Notes under the pieces: model-generated
The model's database searches: none
Told to the model about the DNA's origin: nothing
What the model saw: the letters and a program-made list of their open reading frames with translations, nothing else
Program-made: the position numbers and the translations under genes
Source: Arsenicicoccus sp. oral taxon 190
GTDB lineage: Bacteria > Actinomycetota > Actinomycetes > Actinomycetales > Dermatophilaceae
Assembly: GCF_001189535.1 (NCBI RefSeq)
Contig: NZ_CP012070.1
Coordinates: forward strand, 1,563,972-1,627,971
DNA length: 64,000 bases
Reading direction: 5' to 3'
Shown: positions 31,391-39,410 of the stretch, in pieces
Numbering within the stretch: position 1 is the first letter of the stretch
Layout: each line of letters begins with the position of its first letter

Positions 31391-32611
31391 ATGGCCACGT
31401 TCGTGCTCGGCATCCTCCTCCTCGCGCTGGGCATCGGCTTGCTCGTCGCCGCCCATCGTCGGCACGCCAGAGGTGGTGCGGTGGCGGGCCGGTCGACCGG
31501 CCGGGCGACGGAGCGGGCGTCCGGCCCGGGGGGAGACCCGGTAGCCGGTGCGCCTGGGGTCGGCGCAGAGCCGGCGGGTTCCTCACCCGCCGAGGTCAAC
31601 CGCTGGGAGGCGGCGGCCCGTGCGCAGCGGCGCCGGGCGCCCCTGGACGTGCCCCGGGTGGCGCCGGGCTGGCTGCTCCCGGTCGTGGGCTGGGCGCTGA
31701 CCGGGCTGGGTGCGCTGTGCCGCTTCCTGTCGACGCTCTACACCCGGGACGTCGGGGAGGCGATCGTGCAGCGCACCCCGGGCGGGACCGTCGCGAGCGT
31801 CGACACCACCCCGGGCTTCTCGATGAAGGCGCCGTGGAACGACATCGTGCGGTATGACGTGCGCAACCAGGTCATCACGATGGCGGGGGAGCAGGGGGCG
31901 ACGGACGGGCCGGCGATCAACGCCCAGACGACGGACAACGCGACCGCCGCGATCGACATCACGGTGCGCTACTCGATCGTCCCGGCCAAGGTGGGGGAGA
32001 TCTACTCGGCCTACCGCACCCAGGAGGGGCTGGTCAGCCGGGCCCTGGACGTCGACGTGCGCTCGATCGTCCGCGACGTGCCGGTGCACTACACGGCCGG
32101 CGAGCTGCGGCAGCGACGCGCCCAGGTGTCCGCGGACATCGCCAAGGAGCTGCAGCAGCGGTGGGACCGGCTCGGGGTGACCGTCGACTCGGTGGACCTG
32201 CGGGACATCCGTTACCCGCAGGAGATCGAGCAGTCGTTGGCAGCGGTCCAGACGGCGCGCTCGCGGGTCGAGTCCGCGCGCGCCGAGCTGGAGTCGGCCA
32301 AGATCAACGCCGAGAAGGTAAAGACCGAGGCGCAGGCGCAGTCCGACTCGGACCAGATCATCCGCTGCGGCGCCATGTCGACCACGGTCAAGGAGATGAT
32401 CGCCGGCAAGGAGGTCAACTCGGTCAAGGTCGTCCCGGTCCCGCCCGCCCAGTGCCAGAACCGCCTCAACGAGCAGGTCCTCACCAGCAAGTACATCGAC
32501 ATGCTCAAGGAGGCGGCGGGCAAGGGCAACACGGTGTATGTCGTGCCTCCCAACCAGTCGTCGCTGCTGCAGCTCCCGGCCCCGGCGGCCCAGCCGACGC
32601 CCAAGCCCTGA
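31391..32611 (+). CDS. SPFH/band-7 domain membrane protein
   Basis: N-terminal TM, SPFH core, C-terminal coiled-coil region. Confidence 0.8.
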   Translation: MATFVLGILLLALGIGLLVAAHRRHARGGAVAGRSTGRATERASGPGGDPVAGAPGVGAEPAGSSPAEVNRWEAAARAQRRRAPLDVPRVAPGWLLPVVGWALTGLGALCRFLSTLYTRDVGEAIVQRTPGGTVASVDTTPGFSMKAPWNDIVRYDVRNQVITMAGEQGATDGPAINAQTTDNATAAIDITVRYSIVPAKVGEIYSAYRTQEGLVSRALDVDVRSIVRDVPVHYTAGELRQRRAQVSADIAKELQQRWDRLGVTVDSVDLRDIRYPQEIEQSLAAVQTARSRVESARAELESAKINAEKVKTEAQAQSDSDQIIRCGAMSTTVKEMIAGKEVNSVKVVPVPPAQCQNRLNEQVLTSKYIDMLKEAAGKGNTVYVVPPNQSSLLQLPAPAAQPTPKP

Positions 32612-32676
32612 GAGGCCGAGGGCGCCTGTCGAGCACTCTGCATCCCAACCTGGGATTCCTGGTCTATGGTGGAACC

Positions 32677-32910
32677 ATGACGACGCAGATCGCTGTCCGG
32701 CTCCCCGACGAGGTCGTGGGTTTCCTTGACCGCAGCGTGGCGGCGGGGCTTGTCTCCAGTCGTGCCGCGCTCGTCACACAAGCCGTGGAGCGGGAGATGC
32801 GTCGTCAAGCGGCGCTGGCCGACGTGGACGTCCTGCGTAAGCAGGGGCCTGCCGACGACCTGGATGGCCTCGTGGCGTGGACGGTGGGTCACGCCAGCCT
32901 CGAGGGCTGA
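32677..32910 (+). CDS. ribbon-helix-helix antitoxin (type II TA, MazE/ParD-like)
   Basis: 77 aa; RHH pattern TTQIAVRLPDEVVGFLD; 3 nt before MazF-like toxin gene; preceded by lower-GC spacer. Confidence 0.6.
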   Translation: MTTQIAVRLPDEVVGFLDRSVAAGLVSSRAALVTQAVEREMRRQAALADVDVLRKQGPADDLDGLVAWTVGHASLEG

Positions 32911-32913
32911 CCT

Positions 32914-33231
32914 GTGCGCGAGATCTGCCTGGCGCGCCTGGACAAGACCAGGCCCGTACTCGTCCTGACTCGAGAGGGGGCGCGCGCCGCCATGACCAAG
33001 GTCACCGTCGCCCCCATCACCTCCACGGTCAAAGGGCTCTCCAGCGAGGTCCCTCTCGGCCCCCGCAACGGGTTGGACCACGGCTGTGCTGCAGCGTTGG
33101 ACAACACAGTCACCGTCCCGACCTCGACGCTCGGCCGGACGATCGGTTACCTCTACGGAGACCAGGAGAGGGCGCTCGCCGAGGCTGTCGTCCTGGCCTT
33201 CGACCTGGACCTGGCGCTCCTCGGCGAGTGA
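32914..33231 (+). CDS. MazF/PemK-family toxin (mRNA interferase)
   Basis: 105 aa; RPVLVLT...VTVAPITST...PSEVPL pattern typical of PemK/MazF. Confidence 0.7.
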   Translation: MREICLARLDKTRPVLVLTREGARAAMTKVTVAPITSTVKGLSSEVPLGPRNGLDHGCAAALDNTVTVPTSTLGRTIGYLYGDQERALAEAVVLAFDLDLALLGE

Positions 33232-33234
33232 GCC

Positions 33235-34380
33235 TCAGGGCCCGAGGAGGTGGCGCGCGGCGGTCCGGTCCGGCTTGCCCGGGCCTTTGAGCGGTATGGC
33301 GTCCGCGCCGGCCGCCACCCGGGGCAGCGCGTGGGCCGCGAGGTGAGGGCGCAGACTCTCGCGCAACCGGTCGAGGTCCCAGCCGGTGTCGGCCCCCGCG
33401 CCGCCTGCTCCCACCAGGAGCGCCCCGACGACCTGCCCCCACTCGGGGTCGGGGACGCCGACAACGACGCACTCACGGACCTCGGGGACGTGCGTCAGGA
33501 TCGCGTCCTCCACGACGCGCGGCGCGACCTTGAGCCCGCCGGTGAGGATGACGTCGTCGGCGCGCCCGAGCACGGTGAGCGCGCCGTCGTCGGCGAGCGC
33601 GCCGAGGTCGTCGGTCCGGAACCAACGCACCCCGTCCTCCGTCACGAACTGCCGTGCGGTCAGGCCTGGCTCGCCGAGGTAGCCGTCGGCCACCATCGCG
33701 CCACCGAGCACGATGCGCCCCTCGTCGAGGCGCACCCGGGCGCAGGACAGGGGCCGCCCGTCATATACGCAGCCCCCGGAGGTCTCGCTCATCCCATAGG
33801 TGCGCACGATCGTCAGGCCCGCGGCGCGGGCCCGCTCGTGCACCGGGCCCGGGAGCGCAGCCCCGCCCACGAGGATCGCATCGTATGCCGCCGCGGCCGC
33901 CGTCCCCCGGGGTGAGGCCAGGAGCCGCACCAGCTGGGTTGGCACGAGCGACGTGTAGTGCCGCACCCCCGGCGAGAGCCGTGCCGCGGCGTCGGCGAAA
34001 CCGTCTGCGCTGAAAGGTCCGTCGTCGAGCGCGACGGGGGAGTGGCCGGCGAGCAGTGATCGCGCGAGGACCTGCAGCCCGGCGATGTGCGTGGGTGGCA
34101 GGGCCAGCATCCACTGACCGTGGCCACCGAGGTGCTCGGCCGTGGCCTCCCCCGACGCCCGGACTGCCGCGGCCGACAGGACGGCCAGCTTGGGCGCGCC
34201 GGTGGAGCCCGACGTGCCGACGACGACCGCGGTGCCCTCCGGCGCCGGCGCGGACGGATCCGGTGGCGCCCCGCCCGGGCATACCGCCGGTCCGCGCCCA
34301 TCGAGCGCCCGCTCGAGCGGAGCCAGGTCACGCACCGCGTCGCGCATCGAGGCCGAGCCAGGCCAGGGGGTCGTCGTCAT
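33235..34380 (-). CDS. menE: o-succinylbenzoate--CoA ligase (AMP-dependent synthetase)
   Basis: AMP-binding motif VVGTSGSTGAPK, TYGMSETSG; within men gene set; start uncertain (34380 or 34404). Confidence 0.75.
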   Translation of the reverse strand: MTTTPWPGSASMRDAVRDLAPLERALDGRGPAVCPGGAPPDPSAPAPEGTAVVVGTSGSTGAPKLAVLSAAAVRASGEATAEHLGGHGQWMLALPPTHIAGLQVLARSLLAGHSPVALDDGPFSADGFADAAARLSPGVRHYTSLVPTQLVRLLASPRGTAAAAAYDAILVGGAALPGPVHERARAAGLTIVRTYGMSETSGGCVYDGRPLSCARVRLDEGRIVLGGAMVADGYLGEPGLTARQFVTEDGVRWFRTDDLGALADDGALTVLGRADDVILTGGLKVAPRVVEDAILTHVPEVRECVVVGVPDPEWGQVVGALLVGAGGAGADTGWDLDRLRESLRPHLAAHALPRVAAGADAIPLKGPGKPDRTAARHLLGP

Positions 34381-34460
34381 ACGGCTGACCATAGTCCGGG
34401 CCACCGACAGGCCCTCCTGTGCAGGTCCATGGGGTATATGTGCATGTGTAGGCTGTGTGC

Positions 34461-34730
34461 ATGTCCCTGCTCGAACGCCGCCTGCAGATCCTGCTCGACC
34501 AGGACCGCTACGACCGGGTCGCGCGCGCGGCCGAGGAGTCCGGCCAGAGCGTCGGTGCAGCGATCCGGCACGCCATCGACGTGGCCTATCCGCAGGTCGA
34601 CGTCCGAGCGCAGGAGGCGCTGAGATGGCTCCTCGATCGCACGGCTGAGCCGCGCGACGAGCCTGCGTTCGACGTGGGGGAGTTCAAGCGGGAGCTGGAC
34701 GACGAGCTGCTGAGGAAGGCCCCCCGGTGA
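34461..34730 (+). CDS. VapB-like antitoxin (RHH/CopG type)
   Basis: 89 aa; LLDQDRYDRVARAAEESGQSVGAAIRHAID; stop overlaps PIN gene start. Confidence 0.55.
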   Translation: MSLLERRLQILLDQDRYDRVARAAEESGQSVGAAIRHAIDVAYPQVDVRAQEALRWLLDRTAEPRDEPAFDVGEFKRELDDELLRKAPR

Positions 34731-35143
34731 GGGCCCTGTTCGCCGACTCCGCCACCTTCCTGCTGGCCCTGGGCGGGGCGCACCCGGCCCAGGAGCAGTG
34801 CCGCGAGCTGCTGGCTGCGGCTCACGCTGGCCGCATCCGCCTGCACGTCTCCGTGGAGGGGCTGCAGGAGGTGACCTTCCACCGGCTGCGGCGGACCTCG
34901 CGCGAGTCCGCCCTCGCCGAGGCGCGCGCTCTTGGCCTGGCCTGCGTCGTGCACGCGTTCGACGAGGCGGTGTGGGCCGAGGCGACGCGGCTGATGGAGA
35001 GATCACCCGTCCGCGGGCGGGACGCCGTGAACGCCGCGACCGCCTTGCTGGCCGGGTTCGAGGAGATCGTCTCGCCGGACGTGGACTTCGACGGCATCCC
35101 GGGGCTGCGGCGGATCGACCCCGCCGACTGGTCCCTGTCCTGA
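34727..35143 (+). CDS. PIN-domain toxin VapC
   Basis: 138 aa; N-terminal acidic D in ALFADS, conserved D/E positions of PIN fold. Confidence 0.65.
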   Translation: MRALFADSATFLLALGGAHPAQEQCRELLAAAHAGRIRLHVSVEGLQEVTFHRLRRTSRESALAEARALGLACVVHAFDEAVWAEATRLMERSPVRGRDAVNAATALLAGFEEIVSPDVDFDGIPGLRRIDPADWSLS

Positions 35144-35272
35144 CGGGGGGGCGGGACGGGAGCGGCATGCGGACCTGACCGATGACGAAAGGGACGCACA
35201 GGCGCGGCAGGAGCGGTTGCGTGCCAACCGGGGGTCTACCTCGGCAGATGCGGCGCTACCTAGACTCGGCGC

Positions 35273-35647
35273 ATGAGCGTGTGGCTGGCGTGGACCGCAT
35301 CAGGGGTGAGCCTCGTGACGGTCATCGGTCACGTTTTCGTGGGTGGTCCCCAGGTCGTCAAGCCGCTGCTGGCATCGGCCGAGCTGCCTGAGCAGACGAG
35401 AGGGATGGCGTACTTCTGCTGGCATGTCACGACTGTGGTCGTGCTCGCGTTGAGCGCGGGGTTCGCCCTTGCGGCTCTCGACCCTCGCCACTCGGACCTA
35501 GCTTGGTTCCTCTCGGTCGTGAGCGCCCTGGTGTGGATGGTCAGCCTCGGCGTCACCGTGGTCGGAGGGTTGCCGCTTCGACGCAACCCGGCAGTCTTCT
35601 TGTTCGGTCTGATCGCCCTGCTGGGCGCAGCCTCGCAGACTCTGTGA
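35273..35647 (+). CDS. hypothetical membrane protein (4 predicted TM)
   Basis: 124-aa hydrophobic ORF, no recognised family. Confidence 0.45.
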   Translation: MSVWLAWTASGVSLVTVIGHVFVGGPQVVKPLLASAELPEQTRGMAYFCWHVTTVVVLALSAGFALAALDPRHSDLAWFLSVVSALVWMVSLGVTVVGGLPLRRNPAVFLFGLIALLGAASQTL

Positions 35648-35854
35648 CCCCCTGCGCCGCGGGCAGTCTCGTATGCCGGGGCCGCTGAGGACTCGTCGGA
35701 CCTCGCAGAGGTGGTGGCTCGCGTCGTGTGCGGCGTTGCGGGCGGTGTCCAAAGCCGCGCTCACGTCGCAGGTGGCCGAACAGCGACGTTCCCCACGGCT
35801 CCGCCGAGCCCTGATGATGCCGGTGGTCGACGCGACGTGCGTAGCGGGGCATGA

Positions 35855-36082
35855 CAGGGCCGTCAGGGCAGCTGCCGTGAGCAGCATGCAAAGGCGGAAT
35901 GTGCAGTTGTGTCAAGACGAAGAGGCCGACGCTGCCTGTCTACCTCGTTGGACACATCTAGCCCGGCGAGGTGCGCCGCACGGTCCCCCTCGAGGCCGGG
36001 CGACAAGTCCACTCAGGGCGCCGACATCAGCAAGGCCAAGTCCTTGGCCGCCGAGATCCGAGAGGAACAGCAATGGCCGTGA
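35855..36082 (+). pseudogene. remnant of HigB/RelE-like addiction-module killer gene (only conserved C-terminus GDKSTQGADISKAKSLAAEIREEQ retained; no start codon, upstream part unrecognisable)
   Basis: frame-2 reading 36005-36082 gives ...PGDKSTQGADISKAKSLAAEIREEQQWP*, overlapping the antidote gene start by 10 nt as in intact higBA pairs; frame opens only 76 codons upstream after TGA 35852. Confidence 0.4.
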
Positions 36083-36369
36083 CGATCAACCTCTGGGATG
36101 CCAGCGCCTACCTTGAGACGACCGAGGACATGCTGGCCTACCTCGATGAGGCGGCTCGCAGCGGCGACCCGGCTCTCCTGCAGGCGGCCCTCGGAGACAT
36201 CGCCAAGGCCAAGGGTATGGCCGAGGTCGCCAGCAGCGCCGGCGTCGGCCGAGAGTCGCTGTACAAGTCGCTCAGCACCACGGGTAACCCGTCCTTCCAG
36301 ACCACCGCTAAGGTCATTGACGCACTCGGCGGCCAGCTCAGCGTTACCCCCAAGACGCCGGCCGCCTAG
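36073..36369 (+). CDS. addiction-module antidote protein (HigA-family, TIGR02684-like)
   Basis: 98 aa; ...DEAARSGDPALLQAALGDIAKAKGMAEVA...GRESLYKSLSTTGNPSFQTTAKVIDALGGQL pattern. Confidence 0.65.
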   Translation: MAVTINLWDASAYLETTEDMLAYLDEAARSGDPALLQAALGDIAKAKGMAEVASSAGVGRESLYKSLSTTGNPSFQTTAKVIDALGGQLSVTPKTPAA

Positions 36370-36397
36370 GAGTGCGTGGGCGCCTGACGACCAGGTC

Positions 36398-36455
36398 ATT
36401 GGTCACCAATGGAGACTTCATGGCCTTCATGAACGATCAAAATCTCGATTGGTGA
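36398..36455. promoter_or_regulatory. pair of 13-bp palindromes ATTGGTCACCAAT (36398-36410) and ATTGGTGACCAAT (36443-36455) in AT-richer spacer upstream of SDR/mntH
   Basis: perfect dyads, 45 bp centre-to-centre, 14 bp before SDR start codon. Confidence 0.45.
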
Positions 36456-36468
36456 CCAATCGGGCAAG

Positions 36469-37236
36469 ATGGCAGGCATGACCGACGCGATCACCACCCG
36501 TCCCCTGGCCGTCGTCACCGGAGCCTCCAGCGGCATCGGCGAGGCCACCGCCCGCCGCCTCGCCCAGGAGGGTTTCGAGGTGATCTGCGCGGCTCGCCGC
36601 ACCGAGCGGATCGAGCAGCTGGCCCGGGAGATCGACGGCCGCGCCGTCACCTGCGACGTGTCCAGCGAGGAGGACGTGCAGCGCCTCGCCGCAGAGGTGG
36701 GCGACCGCCTCGACGTCCTCGTCAACAACGCCGGCGGCGCTCTCGGCACCGAGCGGATCGCCGACGCCGTCGTCGACAAGTGGCGACAGATGTACGACTC
36801 CAACGTCATCGGCGCCCTGCAGGTCACCAAGGCCCTGCTGCCGGCCCTCACCCAGGTCAAGGGCGGCATGGTCGTCGTCGTCTCGTCGATCGCGGGCCTC
36901 GGGGTCTACGAAGGCGGCGCGGGATACTGCGCCGCCAAGCACGCCGAGACCGTCATCGCGGAGACGCTGCGGCTGGAGGCCGTCGAGGACGGCATCCGGG
37001 TCTGCGAGATCGACCCCGGCCTGGTGCACACCGAGGAGTTCTCGCTGGTGCGCCTCGGCGGTGACCAGGCGGCGGCCGACAAGGTCTACGAGGGGGTCGC
37101 CGAGCCGCTCGTGGCCGAGGACGTCGCGGACGCGATCGCGTATGTCGCGACCCGCCCCGCCCACGTCAACATCGACCGTCTCGTGATCAAGCCGCAGGCC
37201 CAGGCCGCGCCGCACAAGCTGATCCGCCGCGGCTGA
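36469..37236 (+). CDS. SDR family oxidoreductase
   Basis: TGASSGIG cofactor motif, YCAAK catalytic tetrad. Confidence 0.85.
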   Translation: MAGMTDAITTRPLAVVTGASSGIGEATARRLAQEGFEVICAARRTERIEQLAREIDGRAVTCDVSSEEDVQRLAAEVGDRLDVLVNNAGGALGTERIADAVVDKWRQMYDSNVIGALQVTKALLPALTQVKGGMVVVVSSIAGLGVYEGGAGYCAAKHAETVIAETLRLEAVEDGIRVCEIDPGLVHTEEFSLVRLGGDQAAADKVYEGVAEPLVAEDVADAIAYVATRPAHVNIDRLVIKPQAQAAPHKLIRRG

Positions 37237-37334
37237 CCCCCGCGGCTGACCCCACCACGGCTGACCCCGCATGGCGGAGGCCGCGCAGCCGGGCGGCCTC
37301 GCCAGGCGGCGGGCGGTCCGGCATACTCCCGCGC

Positions 37335-38597
37335 ATGAGTCGAGACACCGCCGTCCGAGATGCCGATGCCGCCCACCCGCCGCGGTGGAAGATCATCGGC
37401 CCCGGCCTGATCGTGGCCGCGACGGGCGTGGGTGCCGCCGACCTGGTCGCCACCCTGATCGCCGGCAGCAAGTTCGGCTACGGCCTGCTGTGGTGCGTGA
37501 TCGTCGGCTGCATCATGAAGATCGTCCTGGTGGAGGGGGCGGGCCGCTACAGCCTCGCGACCGGGCGCACGATGTTCGAGGGGTGGCGCTCGCTGGGGCG
37601 CTGGACGAGCTGGTACTACGCGCCCTACATCGTCATCTGGGGCTTCGTCTACGGCTCCGCGGCGATGGCGGGGACCGGCCTGCCGCTCAACGCGCTCTTC
37701 CCTGCGCTGAGCATCACGTGGTGGGGGATCATCTCCGGGTTGGTCGGTCTGGCGTTGGTGTGGTTCCACCATTTCGAGATCTTCGAGAAGGTCATGGCGG
37801 CCTTCGTGGGGATCATGTTCGTGGCCATGGTCGGCGCCGCGATCATCACGCTGCCCAACCTGCTCGACATCCTCGCCGGCCTCAAGCCGTGGATCCCGGA
37901 CGGCGGCCTGGTCAACGTCCTGTCCCTCGCGGGCGGGGTCGGCGGCACCATCACCCTCGCGGCCTACGGCTACTGGCTGCGCGAGAAGGGCTGGGACACC
38001 CCGCGATTCATGAAGGTCATGCGCATCGACAACACGGTGGCGTATGTCGTGACCGGCATCTTCGTGCTGGCCACCCTGGTCGTCGGCGCCGAGCTGATGT
38101 ACTCCATGAAGATCGCCAGCGACGACAAGGGTCTGCTGTCGGTCGCCGACGTCCTCGACAAGCGCTACGGCCCCTTCGCCGGCAAGGTCTTCCTCGTCGG
38201 CTTCTTCGGCGCGGCGATGTCCTCGCTGGTCGGCGTGTGGAACGGCGTGTCGCTGATGTTCGCCGACTTCGTCGGCAACCTCAAGGGCCTGCCGTCGGGC
38301 CACCCCGACACCCGCACCGGCGGCAGGTACTACCGGTGGTACATCCTGTGGCTGACCTTCCCGCCCATGCTGATGATGTTCCTCGGCAAGCCGGTCTACC
38401 TGATCCTCGCGTATGGCGTGCTCGGGTCCTTCTTCATGCCCTTCCTCGCGATCACGCTGCTGTGGATCCTCAACACCGACCGGGTGCCGCGGGAGTGGCG
38501 CAACGAGGTGTGGTCCAACGTGCTGATGGTGTTGTGCGCGGTGGCCTTCGTGGCGCTGGCCGCCAACGAGATCGTCAAGGCGATCCAGAAGCTCTAG
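37335..38597 (+). CDS. mntH: NRAMP-family divalent metal (Mn2+/Fe2+) transporter
   Basis: 420 aa, 11 TM, Nramp signature GPGLIVAATGVGAADL... and conserved motifs. Confidence 0.9.
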   Translation: MSRDTAVRDADAAHPPRWKIIGPGLIVAATGVGAADLVATLIAGSKFGYGLLWCVIVGCIMKIVLVEGAGRYSLATGRTMFEGWRSLGRWTSWYYAPYIVIWGFVYGSAAMAGTGLPLNALFPALSITWWGIISGLVGLALVWFHHFEIFEKVMAAFVGIMFVAMVGAAIITLPNLLDILAGLKPWIPDGGLVNVLSLAGGVGGTITLAAYGYWLREKGWDTPRFMKVMRIDNTVAYVVTGIFVLATLVVGAELMYSMKIASDDKGLLSVADVLDKRYGPFAGKVFLVGFFGAAMSSLVGVWNGVSLMFADFVGNLKGLPSGHPDTRTGGRYYRWYILWLTFPPMLMMFLGKPVYLILAYGVLGSFFMPFLAITLLWILNTDRVPREWRNEVWSNVLMVLCAVAFVALAANEIVKAIQKL

Positions 38598-39261
38598 GGC
38601 GGGGAGGGCTGCTCGGCCAGGAGGGCTGCTCGGCCAGCCGCTTGATGTTGAGCAGCATCTCCCGGCTCATCACGAAGCTCACCGGCTCGATGACGTAGGG
38701 GCCGCCGGCCAGGCGCTCCCCGAGGCCCTCGCCGTGGGCGTAGGCGTTGCGCTCGATCAGCCGGGTGCGGCCCTGGCTGAGCGGGCGCAGGTGGTAGGAC
38801 CAGACCGTCGTGGGCAGGAGCCCGCCGTGGGGGATGCCGGCCAGCACGAGCGTCTCGCCGGGCGTCACCTGGTCCACCACGAGCGGTGGCAGCTGCGGGT
38901 GCAGCCGCACCTCGTCGCCGACGCGCAGGTCCTGCAGCTCGGGCAGGATCTGCTCGACGTTGTCGTCGAGGGAGCCGGCCAGCTGCTCGAGCAGCTGGTG
39001 GCTGTAGAAGCCGCCGCGACCGCGCCCGATCTGCGCGAGCCACGGCCACACCTCGTCGTCGTGCGCCCAGATCGTCACGGCCCGCGTCGACCGCCAGTCG
39101 TATCCCTCGATCAGCTCGTCGCCGGGCAGCGTCGCCTCGACCTCCTCGGGCGTCGCGCCCCAGGTCCGTCGCTCCTGGCTGTGCAGCGGCCCGGTCGCGA
39201 GGTGCGCGGCCATCCGCGCTGCGCCGGTGAGGTTGTCCCTGAGCCGATCACCGATTCCCAT
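38575..39261 (-). CDS. SRPBCC (START/Bet v1-like) family protein
   Basis: MGIGDRLRD... ~228 aa coherent; 3' end overlaps mntH 3' end by 23 nt (convergent); upstream part of 392-aa ORF rejected. Confidence 0.55.
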   Translation of the reverse strand: MGIGDRLRDNLTGAARMAAHLATGPLHSQERRTWGATPEEVEATLPGDELIEGYDWRSTRAVTIWAHDDEVWPWLAQIGRGRGGFYSHQLLEQLAGSLDDNVEQILPELQDLRVGDEVRLHPQLPPLVVDQVTPGETLVLAGIPHGGLLPTTVWSYHLRPLSQGRTRLIERNAYAHGEGLGERLAGGPYVIEPVSFVMSREMLLNIKRLAEQPSWPSSPPRPRASGSP

Positions 39262-39410
39262 GGGGTCAGCGTAGGCGTTCCACCCCGCCAGGGTGGTCGA
39301 GCCCGTATGCCGTGACCGCCGTGCGGCCCTGGTCCGTGCGGCCTTGGGGTGCCGCCTGGGGGCGTGCCGACCTTGGTGCGTGCCGCCGTGGGCGGCGCTG
39401 CGGGGTGCGG

